Assembly: GCA_964530945.1 (NCBI GenBank)
Contig: CAZHCJ010000001.1
Location: forward strand, 2,140 to 66,139
Direction: 5' to 3'
Length of the DNA stretch: 64,000 nt
From: Candidatus Woesearchaeota archaeon
Lineage (GTDB): Archaea > Nanobdellota > Nanobdellia > Pacearchaeales > GW2011-AR1
The number at the start of each line of letters is the position of its first letter. The first letter of the stretch is position 1. The notes below the pieces were generated by a model. It saw nothing but the letters and a program-made list of their open reading frames with translations. It was not told the origin of the DNA and ran no database searches. The position numbers and the translations under genes were made by a program. This document shows positions 10,301 through 18,599 of the stretch, one piece after another.

Positions 10301-10330
10301 ATTTATAAATAAAGCAAAACTAACTGAAAT

Positions 10331-10660
10331 ATGAACAAAAGCAAAGACAACAAAAATGACTCTGAGAACGAAACAAAAACAAGGATAAAACTCCCAAAAG
10401 GAGAAGAAATCCTTGGAATAATCGAACAACGTCTTGGGGGAAATAGAATGTATGTCAAATGCCAGGATGGAAAAACTCGTAACTGCCGCGTCCCGGGACG
10501 TTTAAGAAGAAGGCTTTGGTTGAGGCCAGGAGATACTGTTATTGTCGAGCCGTGGGATTATGATGATGAAAAAGCAGATGTTTTATATAAATATACAAAA
10601 AATCAAGCAAAAATACTCAAAAAGAAAGGACATTTAAAGATTGACACGTCCGAATTCTAA
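10331..10660 (+). CDS. eif1a: Translation initiation factor aIF-1A
   Basis: GIIEQRLGGNR...CQDGKTRNCRVPGRLRRRLWLRPGD. Confidence 0.95.
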   Translation: MNKSKDNKNDSENETKTRIKLPKGEEILGIIEQRLGGNRMYVKCQDGKTRNCRVPGRLRRRLWLRPGDTVIVEPWDYDDEKADVLYKYTKNQAKILKKKGHLKIDTSEF

Positions 10661-10664
10661 AACA

Positions 10665-11183
10665 ATGGAAACTATCTACAGTGATAAACTCCCAAGAATT
10701 ACAAAAAACAGAAAAAAACTTGAACGTCTTTTGAAAGTCAAAATTAGCAATCAGGGCAAGGATGTGACAATTGAAGGCACTCCTGAAAACGAATTCGCAG
10801 CAAGGAAAGTAATGGATGCATTAAATTTCGGCTTTCCATTCTCTGTAGCAATGACGATTAAAAAACAAGATTATATGTTCGAAGTTTTGAACATAAAAAG
10901 TTATACCAAAAGAAAAGACATGCCTTCAATAAAATCCAGATTGATAGGAACCCAGGGACAAACACTAAAAACACTGACCGAACTGACAAAATGTCATTTT
11001 GAAATAAAAGACAACCAAGTGGGCATCATAGGACATCCGGAATACATTAAAAATGCCCAAGAGGCAATAATTCAAATAATCCGGGGTTCTAGGCAAGGAA
11101 ACACATATGCATGGCTAGAAAAAAACCAGATTAAGCCAGTAATAGATTTGGGCCTGAAAAAACCCAAAAAGAAAAAAGAATAA
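10665..11183 (+). CDS. KH-domain rRNA-processing protein (Dim2/Pno1-like)
   Basis: ALNFGF, RLIGTQGQTLKTLTELT, IRGSRQGNTY; follows aIF-1A. Confidence 0.85.
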   Translation: METIYSDKLPRITKNRKKLERLLKVKISNQGKDVTIEGTPENEFAARKVMDALNFGFPFSVAMTIKKQDYMFEVLNIKSYTKRKDMPSIKSRLIGTQGQTLKTLTELTKCHFEIKDNQVGIIGHPEYIKNAQEAIIQIIRGSRQGNTYAWLEKNQIKPVIDLGLKKPKKKKE

Positions 11184-11216
11184 GTTTTAAATAAGAATTT
11201 TTTCTCACATATTTAG

Positions 11217-11289
11217 GTCCCGGTAGCTCAGTTGGTAGAGCGCATGGCTGTTAACCATGGTGTCGTAGGTTCGAGTCCTACCCGGGACG
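11217..11289 (+). tRNA. tRNA-Asn (GTT)
   Basis: Acceptor GTCCCGG/CCGGGAC, anticodon arm CATGG-CTGTTAA-CCATG, T loop TTCGAGT. Confidence 0.97.
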
Positions 11290-11323
11290 TTTATTTTTTA
11301 AACAACATTTCTAAATTATATTT

Positions 11324-12433
11324 ATGAAAAAACAAAAAGTTCTCATGGCAATGTCGGGAGGTGTTGATAGTAGTGTAGCTGCGCTTTTGCTAAAAAAGCA
11401 GGGCTACGAAGTCATTGGTGCTTTCATGAAAAATTACACGAATAACGATTCAAGTTTAAAAGGTGAAAACTGTAATTGGATTCAAGATAGAAAAATGGCG
11501 ATGAAAATTGCAGAAAGATTACAAATTCCACTAATAACATTGGATTTTGAAAAACAATATCGTAAGGAAGTTGTAGATGAAATGTTTAAACTTTACAGGC
11601 AAGGCATTACTCCAAATCCCGATGTGGATTGTAACAACAAAGTCAAATTTCCTTTACTATGGAAAGCTGCAAAGCGCCTTGGCGCAGATTGCATTGCAAC
11701 AGGGCATTATGCCCAAATCAAAAAATCAAAAAAAGGACTTAGACTTCTGAGGGCAAAAGACGAATCAAAAGACCAAAGTTACTTCCTTTACCGCTTAACA
11801 AAAAAAGACCTAAAACACACTCTCTTCCCTATAGGCAAATTTACAAAAAAGAAAGTTAGGAAAATAGCCAAGAAAGAAGGCTTTCCTAATTTTGACAGAA
11901 AAGGCACAGTAGGAATTTGTTTTATAGGGAAAGTTAATTTAAGGAAATTTTTACAAAAACGCATAAAGAAAAAGAAAGGTAAAATTCTAAATCCTAAGGG
12001 AGAAGAGATTGGAACACATGAAGGAATTTATTATTATACAATAGGACAAAAAATAGGGCCTAAGTTCGGAATGAAAATAAAGAAAAATCCGAAAGGCAAC
12101 AAAGAGATGAAACGCTGGTACGTTGCCCAAAAAAACAAAAAGCGCAACACCATCATCGCAGCTCCTGAAGGACACAAAATGCTTTACAGGAAAGAAATAA
12201 TTCTCACACAACCACATTGGATAAATGAAAAAATCAAAGAAGAAACGTATAATGCCCGCATTAGGCAAGTCGGAGAGCTCCTTCCATGCAAAGTTAAAAA
12301 AGGTAAAAAGAAAGATACTTATAAAATCACTCTAAAAAAAGCAATAAAAGGTGTAAGCGAAGGGCAAGCGATAGTTCTTTACAAAAAGCACAACAAAGTT
12401 TGCCTTGGCGGCGGCGTTATAGATTTTGAATAA
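11324..12433 (+). CDS. mnmA: tRNA 2-thiouridine(34) synthase MnmA, bacterial type
   Basis: AMSGGVDSS, TPNPDVDCN..KF, ATGHYA, KDQSYFL, GICFIG, GQAIVLY, CLGGG. Confidence 0.95.
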   Translation: MKKQKVLMAMSGGVDSSVAALLLKKQGYEVIGAFMKNYTNNDSSLKGENCNWIQDRKMAMKIAERLQIPLITLDFEKQYRKEVVDEMFKLYRQGITPNPDVDCNNKVKFPLLWKAAKRLGADCIATGHYAQIKKSKKGLRLLRAKDESKDQSYFLYRLTKKDLKHTLFPIGKFTKKKVRKIAKKEGFPNFDRKGTVGICFIGKVNLRKFLQKRIKKKKGKILNPKGEEIGTHEGIYYYTIGQKIGPKFGMKIKKNPKGNKEMKRWYVAQKNKKRNTIIAAPEGHKMLYRKEIILTQPHWINEKIKEETYNARIRQVGELLPCKVKKGKKKDTYKITLKKAIKGVSEGQAIVLYKKHNKVCLGGGVIDFE

Positions 12434-12463
12434 TTTTTTAAACAACCTCTACTTCAATATTTT

Positions 12464-13021
12464 ATGGAATTAAAAGACGCAATAAAATCCCGTAAGAGCG
12501 TTCGTAAGTTTTCTTCTCAAAAACCTGATTGGCGCGATATAATTGAATGCATAGACACAGCACGCTACGCTCCCATGGCAGGGGGCAATTATACACTAAA
12601 ATTCATACTAGTTGATGACAAAGAAAAAATTAGAAAACTTGGAGAAGCCGCACAACAAGAATTTGTTAAAACAGCACAATTTGTTGTTGTTGCATGCTCA
12701 AACCCTAAAAGAACATTAAACGCCTATGGTTCTAGAGGTAAACGTTATGTGAAACAACAATCTGGAGCAGCGATGGAAAACTTTCTTCTCGCCATTCAAG
12801 AAAAGAAGCTAGCCACATGCTGGATTGGACATTTTGCAGAAAGCCAAGTAAGAAAAACTCTAGGTATTCCAGAAGATATTGAAATTGAAGCATTATTTCC
12901 AATAGGATACGAAAGAAAAAGCGGAGTTAAAAAAAGAGAGCCTATAGACTTAGACAATATTCTTTATTTTAACAAATACAAAAACAAAAAAATGAAAGAA
13001 CCCAAAGTTGTTAAAACTTGA
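12464..13021 (+). CDS. Nitroreductase family protein
   Basis: AIKSRKSVRKF, ARYAPMAGG, ATCWIG, PIGY. Confidence 0.9.
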   Translation: MELKDAIKSRKSVRKFSSQKPDWRDIIECIDTARYAPMAGGNYTLKFILVDDKEKIRKLGEAAQQEFVKTAQFVVVACSNPKRTLNAYGSRGKRYVKQQSGAAMENFLLAIQEKKLATCWIGHFAESQVRKTLGIPEDIEIEALFPIGYERKSGVKKREPIDLDNILYFNKYKNKKMKEPKVVKT

Positions 13022-13030
13022 TTCTAAAAA

Positions 13031-13390
13031 TTATTCGAAAGTTATCTTTACTCCCTTAGTAACTTTCGCGGAAAGATTATATATAACTGCAGAAGCTGCA
13101 CCGCTTATCCACGAGACAACCCCATAAAAAAAGGGGAGAACTATTATCAAAATAAAACCAGACATTCCTAAGAAACTGAATGAGTCTGAGAGCCCACCTG
13201 CAGAAGAAAACGCCATGCCCACTATAGCAAAAAAGATACCAGTAATAAATCCAAGAACAACCCCTATCAATCCAGAAATATTGGCTGAAGAAACAACTCC
13301 TATTTTTTTCAACCTTTTTTCTTGAACTTTGGATAAACTTCTCTCAGGCATTGAACCTCTTCCCATAGAAGGTCTCGGTATTCTATTCAT
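13031..13390 (-). CDS. Two-TM membrane protein (DUF3566-like)
   Basis: LKKIGVVS, two hydrophobic helices, IYNL...GVKI. Confidence 0.65.
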   Translation of the reverse strand: MNRIPRPSMGRGSMPERSLSKVQEKRLKKIGVVSSANISGLIGVVLGFITGIFFAIVGMAFSSAGGLSDSFSFLGMSGFILIIVLPFFYGVVSWISGAASAVIYNLSAKVTKGVKITFE

Positions 13391-13430
13391 AAATGAATAA
13401 GAAAAAAGTAATTTAAATAACTTTCTTAAA

Positions 13431-13461
13431 AAAGAAAAAATTCTCGGCGATTAAGCCGAGA
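13431..13461 (-). terminator. Hairpin plus T-tract downstream of ftsZ
   Basis: TCTCGGC-6nt-GCCGAGA stem followed on the minus strand by a T-rich run. Confidence 0.6.
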
Positions 13462-13485
13462 TTGAGAATTTGTTTGGAGTTTTAT

Positions 13486-14565
13486 TTATCTCCAGACTTC
13501 TATACCTAAATCAGAAACTTCCTTAGCGATTGGTTCTCTGGAATCGTCTATAGGTTTTCCAAGAACGTAAGGGCTATTCACACCAGTCATAATCGTAATA
13601 ACACGGACTTTTCCTTGGAATTCCTTACTAATCCTAGCCCCAATAATTACCTGGGCTTCAGGACTTAAATTCTCAGAAACTGTTTTACCAATTGTATCAA
13701 ACTCTTCAAGTTTCAAATCAGGCCCACATGTAACGTGTATCAAAGCACCAGTAGCTCCCTTATAATCCACGTCAAGTAGAGGATGTGTAAGTGCTTGTTG
13801 TACTGCTTCAGCTACGCGATTCTGTGTGTCTGCTTCACCGATACCTATCACTGCAACACCTCCATTCTTCATAATTGCAGAAACATCGGCATAGTCTAAG
13901 TTAATCAAACTTGGCAAAGTAATTGTCTCAACAATGCCTTTAATCATTGTACTTACAAGTTCATTTGCAACTGCAAACGCTTGCTCAATGGGTAATTGTC
14001 CAGCAATATCTACTAAACGATTATTGTCTAAAACAATGCATGTATCGGTAACTTCTCTAAGTTCTTGTAACCCAAATTCGGCCTTGTCAATTCTAGCTCT
14101 TTCCGATTCAAAAGGCATAGTAACAACCCCTATAACGACAGCCCCTGTTTCTTTAGCAAGCTGTGCAATTATCGGAGCGGCACCTGTTCCTGTTCCACCA
14201 CCCATTCCGCTTAAAACAAAAACCATGTCGGCCCCGCCAACAGATTTTTTCAATTCGGACATTGTTTCTTTTGCGGCCTCACGTCCCTTGTTGGGATTTC
14301 CTCCTGCTCCTAACCCACGGGTAAGTTCCTTACCAATAAGTAACTTTTCATCAGCTTTGGAAACACTCAAATGCAAGGCATCTGTATTTGCCGCATAGAT
14401 GGTAGCGCCATTGACTCCTTTGTTATAAAGCCAGGTAACTGCATTAACTCCCATTCCGCCAACGCCAACTACTTTTATGTTGGCTTTTCCGGCTTTCAAC
14501 TCATCAAAATTAATTGCATGAGTTTCTGCATTCTGTACTGCCTCTTTTGCAAAATCTAACGCCAT
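13486..14565 (-). CDS. ftsZ: Cell division protein FtsZ (FtsZ2-like)
   Basis: VVGVGGMGVN, GLGAGG, GMGGGTGTG, SLINLDYADV; AAGGAGGT SD upstream. Confidence 0.97.
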   Translation of the reverse strand: MALDFAKEAVQNAETHAINFDELKAGKANIKVVGVGGMGVNAVTWLYNKGVNGATIYAANTDALHLSVSKADEKLLIGKELTRGLGAGGNPNKGREAAKETMSELKKSVGGADMVFVLSGMGGGTGTGAAPIIAQLAKETGAVVIGVVTMPFESERARIDKAEFGLQELREVTDTCIVLDNNRLVDIAGQLPIEQAFAVANELVSTMIKGIVETITLPSLINLDYADVSAIMKNGGVAVIGIGEADTQNRVAEAVQQALTHPLLDVDYKGATGALIHVTCGPDLKLEEFDTIGKTVSENLSPEAQVIIGARISKEFQGKVRVITIMTGVNSPYVLGKPIDDSREPIAKEVSDLGIEVWR

Positions 14566-14832
14566 CTTTTTTTTACCTCCTTACATCTATATAGCGCCAA
14601 AAGCGCGAAAAGTTTATATACTTCACACACTTTCAGCTATTAGTAGAATTCAGATAAGTTATTCAATCCCCCAATTGAATAATATAATAAAATAAATAGT
14701 AGCTTATTCTTTAAAAATTCTTCTGTGATTCAGGATAAGAATTTTTAGACTAAAAAACCTAAAGAAAAATTAAAAAGGATTTTTTATGTTTAAAAATTCT
14801 TCGATGATATAGTTTAAGAGTTAAGAATTAAT

Positions 14833-15189
14833 TTATTTATGGGCCATTATGTACTTGACTTTCAAATCAGTTAAATATTCATAATCCTTTTCTGAGACTC
14901 TTCCGCTTGTCCTAAGAGATGCAGCAATCTCCTTCAAACCATGGCCAAGAAGATAGTGGTCATTGTACCCTACTGGCTCAACCAACATATATTGTGATAG
15001 CTTCACCCATGCAACACTAAGAGGTTTACATTCTAACCCACTTACTCTTCCTGTTAGACCCCTCCCCTTTAATATTTCAGGGGCTTCTCCTTCACTCGGA
15101 TTTTCTGCCCCATGTAAGACCTCTGTCAAAACTCCTCTGTCAATCCGATCTCCTTCAAAACCAGAAAGAATAATTGCTAAAACATCCAT
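14833..15189 (-). CDS. Hypothetical protein, paralog of the neighbouring ORF
   Basis: Shares xxLxxIxSG at the N-terminus and SxxDYxYLxxL at the C-terminus with 15220..15582. Confidence 0.65.
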   Translation of the reverse strand: MDVLAIILSGFEGDRIDRGVLTEVLHGAENPSEGEAPEILKGRGLTGRVSGLECKPLSVAWVKLSQYMLVEPVGYNDHYLLGHGLKEIAASLRTSGRVSEKDYEYLTDLKVKYIMAHK

Positions 15190-15219
15190 ATTTGTAAGTT
15201 CTTTACTCTAAATCCATAT

Positions 15220-15582
15220 CTAAAAAACAATGCTTTCTGAACTTCTACTCCTCTCATCTGCTTTTCTTCCTAAAGATACCAAATAACAATAGTCTTCCCT
15301 AGATATCTCTTTCCTAATCTCTCTCTTAGCGTCTGTAATGCCAAAATTTATGTGATAGTCTCCACTTGAACCAACAGAATAAAGTAAATTGTTTCTAACA
15401 AATCTCTTCCATAAGTCATCGAAGTCTTCCCCCTTCATTAAATCCTTCTCTCCGTTTTCATTTTCTTTTTTAATGACTCCATAAACAGCTTCCCTCAAAT
15501 TTCTCCTAAAACCAACTCCTACGCCCGAAATAATCAAAACTAAAATATTTTCTTTTTCCAAAACACTTTCTTCTAAAGGCAT
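15220..15582 (-). CDS. Hypothetical protein, paralog of the neighbouring ORF
   Basis: Same shared motifs as 14833..15189. Confidence 0.65.
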   Translation of the reverse strand: MPLEESVLEKENILVLIISGVGVGFRRNLREAVYGVIKKENENGEKDLMKGEDFDDLWKRFVRNNLLYSVGSSGDYHINFGITDAKREIRKEISREDYCYLVSLGRKADERSRSSESIVF

Positions 15583-15633
15583 TGCACAAAAAACAAAACA
15601 ATCTTTTTAAGAATTACTTCACTAGAATATACA

Positions 15634-16308
15634 CTATTCTTTTTCTAAAATCTTAACCTTAATACCCTCTTCTTCACACAACTCTTTAAACTCCTTAGCG
15701 TCTTCATCTCCCCCTACAATACTTCCGTAGTGCATTGGTATTGCGAGTGTGGGTTTTATTATGTCAGCAGCCTCTGCAGCCTCTTCTGCACTCATTGTGA
15801 ATCTACCTCCAACAGGCAACAGTGCAACAAACTCTTTTCCAGGTTGTTTGAACCCCGTGAGTTTTTGCATTTCAGAAATAATATCGGTATCTCCGGCATG
15901 ATAAAGAATAAAATCTCCTATTTTAACAACATACCCTACCCAGTTTTCGTCTTTAGGATGGAAATGTTTATCCATATTATAAGCAGGAACCGCAATAATC
16001 TTCAGCCCTGAAAAATCTATTTCGCCCCCACTTTCAATAATTTCAATCTTCACAGGAACATCAAATTTAGTAATTTTGCTTTGACAATCTGGAGTAATTA
16101 CAACACGTGTATTCTCTTTAACAACTTTTTTCAAATCTGCATAACTACAATGGTCGTAGTGGCTATGTGTAATCAAAACAATATCTGCCTTCTCAAGACC
16201 CTCTCTAATGTTGAAAGGATCTACATAGATAACCCTATCATTTTCTATATCTTTAATATAAAATCCTGCATGTCCTAACCATTTTAATTCAACACCATTA
16301 AGTCTCAT
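15634..16308 (-). CDS. MBL-fold metallo-hydrolase
   Basis: WLGHAGF, THSHYDH, YHAGDT, IPMHYG. Confidence 0.92.
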   Translation of the reverse strand: MRLNGVELKWLGHAGFYIKDIENDRVIYVDPFNIREGLEKADIVLITHSHYDHCSYADLKKVVKENTRVVITPDCQSKITKFDVPVKIEIIESGGEIDFSGLKIIAVPAYNMDKHFHPKDENWVGYVVKIGDFILYHAGDTDIISEMQKLTGFKQPGKEFVALLPVGGRFTMSAEEAAEAADIIKPTLAIPMHYGSIVGGDEDAKEFKELCEEEGIKVKILEKE

Positions 16309-16710
16309 TTAAGAAATATCTCCTTTTTCAATTAAAAATTTTATGTTCGGTGCAACCTTGTATTTGCCTTGCCTTATTTCCTCTATTTGAAGCCATTTAA
16401 CTTCCTTTATCGGTGGAATAGGTCTCAAATCTTCTTTGTTCAACAACTTTGCTTTGTAATGAATTAAAACAATTTTCATCTCTTCCTTTGTTTGAGGATT
16501 CTTATATATCATCATAGGGTTCAAAGGCTTAACGATTTCAACATCTGCATTGTTTTCTTCTTTGGATTCGCGAATGCACGCCTCAATCAAACTATTACCT
16601 TGTTCAACAGTGCCTCCAGGAAGCTTGTAAAAATCATCTTTATCATCCTTATTCACAAGCAATCTTCCTTGTTCAACAATTACGGGACCTGACGCAACGA
16701 TGAATTTCAT
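16309..16710 (-). CDS. NUDIX hydrolase
   Basis: Nudix box LPGGTVEQGNSLIEACIRESKEE. Confidence 0.9.
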   Translation of the reverse strand: MKFIVASGPVIVEQGRLLVNKDDKDDFYKLPGGTVEQGNSLIEACIRESKEENNADVEIVKPLNPMMIYKNPQTKEEMKIVLIHYKAKLLNKEDLRPIPPIKEVKWLQIEEIRQGKYKVAPNIKFLIEKGDIS

Positions 16711-16747
16711 ACAAGAAATAAATATGCTGGGTTTTTAAGGATTTTTG

Positions 16748-17552
16748 TTATTCATCAAATTCCAGAATTTCATAACCTCCTACACCAAGATTGTAAATCT
16801 TAGAATCTCCAATCTTTTTTGTTTTTCCTTCTCCTTCATGAATGTGCCCACAAAAAACATATGAGGGTTGATTTTCTTTTATGAAATCTAAAAGTATTTT
16901 TCTTCCCGCATGTTTACCTCTCCATGCTTCTGGGGCAGGCGCACCTACTTTATCTAAAAACCCATATGGTGGCTGATGACAAACCAGTATATCTAAATCA
17001 TTGAATCTCGAAAGAATCCTCTTCGCTTTATCTGTCTGTTTTTTTTGCTTTTTTCATTCTTTCCTTATAATTTGAAGGTTTGAATTCTCTGACCCAATTT
17101 GTATCTGTAAACCATTCCAAAAACCCTATTCTCTTTCCTTGAAGAATTCTCAATCTGTTTTTTATTAAACTTACATTAGCCATCCCGTTTATCTTTTCCC
17201 TTGTTGAAATAAGATTCAACTCATATTCCTCATTATCCTCTCTCACTTGGGAAAGCTTGGGAATTCCTACATTCCCTTGAATCGTGTAAACTGGAGCAAA
17301 TTTCGCTAGATATTCTAAAACTCCTATTGTGGATTCATGAATTTCGTTGTGCTTCATTTCTACAAAATCTGCATCTTCTTCAAGTTCTCCTAGGCCTTTA
17401 GATTTTCTTCTAACATTTTCGAAATATCTCTCTCTAGCCAAATCTGCTTTTCCCAAATCCCCCGTTAACAGGATTAAATCTGCATTTTTCATAGGAATTT
17501 TCTTAAGTAGATCAACTCTTCCATGTGGATCCCCAATCGCCAATATTTTCAT
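16748..17552 (-). pseudogene. Metallophosphoesterase (Icc-like) split by a +1 frameshift in an A8 run; may be a sequencing error
   Basis: DPHG, TGDL and GN in one frame. CHQPPYG, HAG, FCGHIHE and YNLG continue in another frame beyond the run at 17039-17046. Confidence 0.85.
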
Positions 17553-17589
17553 AAAACCACTACACAAATTTCATTTAAAAACTTTCCAA

Positions 17590-17627
17590 TCCAAAAAAAT
17601 AAAAATAAAGAATTAGTCGAAGACTAA
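17590..17627 (-). terminator. Hairpin plus T-tract after the acidic mini-gene
   Basis: TTAGTC-3nt-GACTAA stem at 17613-17627 directly after the stop, then a T-rich run on the minus strand. Confidence 0.55.
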
Positions 17628-17795
17628 CTACTCGTCGTCTTCATCGTCTTCGTCTTCATCGTCGTCTTCTGTGTCGTCTTCATCGTCTTCGTCATCAGAT
17701 TCTTCCACATCATCTTCATCAGTATCTTCATCTAAATCGTCATCGGAATCTTCTTCGAAGTCATCGTCGTCCTCATAATCATCATAATCAGACAT
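17628..17795 (-). CDS. 55-aa hyper-acidic protein (44/55 Asp/Glu)
   Basis: ATG at 17795 preceded by GGAGGT SD and TTTATAAA; terminator hairpin downstream. Confidence 0.75.
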   Translation of the reverse strand: MSDYDDYEDDDDFEEDSDDDLDEDTDEDDVEESDDEDDEDDTEDDDEDEDDEDDE

Positions 17796-17970
17796 TTTTA
17801 TTTTACCTCCATTGGTTTTAGATAAATGTTTCAAGATTTGTACTTTATAAAGGTTTTTATGCCCTAAGGGATGACAGAAAACAACTAAAATTATTCTTCG
17901 ATTGCTCGCAAATTTTTTAAAAAACAAATAATTCCTGGAGTAAATAGCTAAGAATTCTTCGCTAACATCG

Positions 17971-18348
17971 TTATAACATAATAGTTTGTTCAAAACTCTT
18001 GAAGTGTTTATCTCCTGTTAAAACTTTTGCATCATTCAAAACAGCTGTATGTAAAATTATTATACCTGTAATTCCCATATTTCTCAACTTCTTCCTAATC
18101 TTATTATAAAAATTTCCAAAAGAAAAAACAAATTTTTCATTCATGCCAATAATTTTTGAGTGGCTTTTTATAAAATTAAAATATCTTTTAAAATCCCATC
18201 CTTCTTTATCTGACTTATAATTCAATTCCAAAAGAACCACCGCAGGAGTTAAAACTTTATTCCCTTCTAGATATTTTTCAACAACTCTCCCTTTGCTTGT
18301 TCCCTGAAAATATTCTATCCATGCATAAGTATCAAAAATTATTTCCAC
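17971..18348 (-). CDS. vapC: PIN-domain VapC-like toxin
   Basis: IFDTYAWIEY, VLLEL, VLTGDKHF; overlaps the upstream antitoxin. Confidence 0.88.
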   Translation of the reverse strand: MEIIFDTYAWIEYFQGTSKGRVVEKYLEGNKVLTPAVVLLELNYKSDKEGWDFKRYFNFIKSHSKIIGMNEKFVFSFGNFYNKIRKKLRNMGITGIIILHTAVLNDAKVLTGDKHFKSFEQTIML

Positions 18349-18554
18349 CTTTTATCATTTCCCATTATTTCTTCCCTTTCTTTTCTTGTAAAGGGCTTTG
18401 TTTTACCTTTTAATGCCCCAAACATATTTTCAGGAATTTTTTCTTTTTGCATTATCAGTTTTCTTACAAGAACATCAAAAGATTCCATTTCTTCTTTCTT
18501 TTTCAATTCTTTAATCATTTCAAATGTTTTTTCTTTCAATGCTATTGTTTTCAT
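18339..18554 (-). CDS. vapB: VapB-like antitoxin
   Basis: MKTIALKEKTFEMIKELK...SFDVLVRKL, MFGALKG; directly upstream of the PIN gene. Confidence 0.8.
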   Translation of the reverse strand: MKTIALKEKTFEMIKELKKKEEMESFDVLVRKLIMQKEKIPENMFGALKGKTKPFTRKEREEIMGNDKRWK

Positions 18555-18576
18555 GTTATAATTTATAAATTATAAC
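18555..18576. promoter_or_regulatory. Perfect 22-bp palindrome abutting the vapB start (putative autoregulatory operator)
   Basis: GTTATAATTTATAAATTATAAC is self-complementary. Confidence 0.65.
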
Positions 18577-18599
18577 TTATGAATCTTTCTAAAAGAATT

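Noticed and set aside
17796..17993. 121-aa version of the acidic ORF
   Set aside because: The upstream part spans the promoter and overlaps vapC; the SD supports the ATG at 17795.
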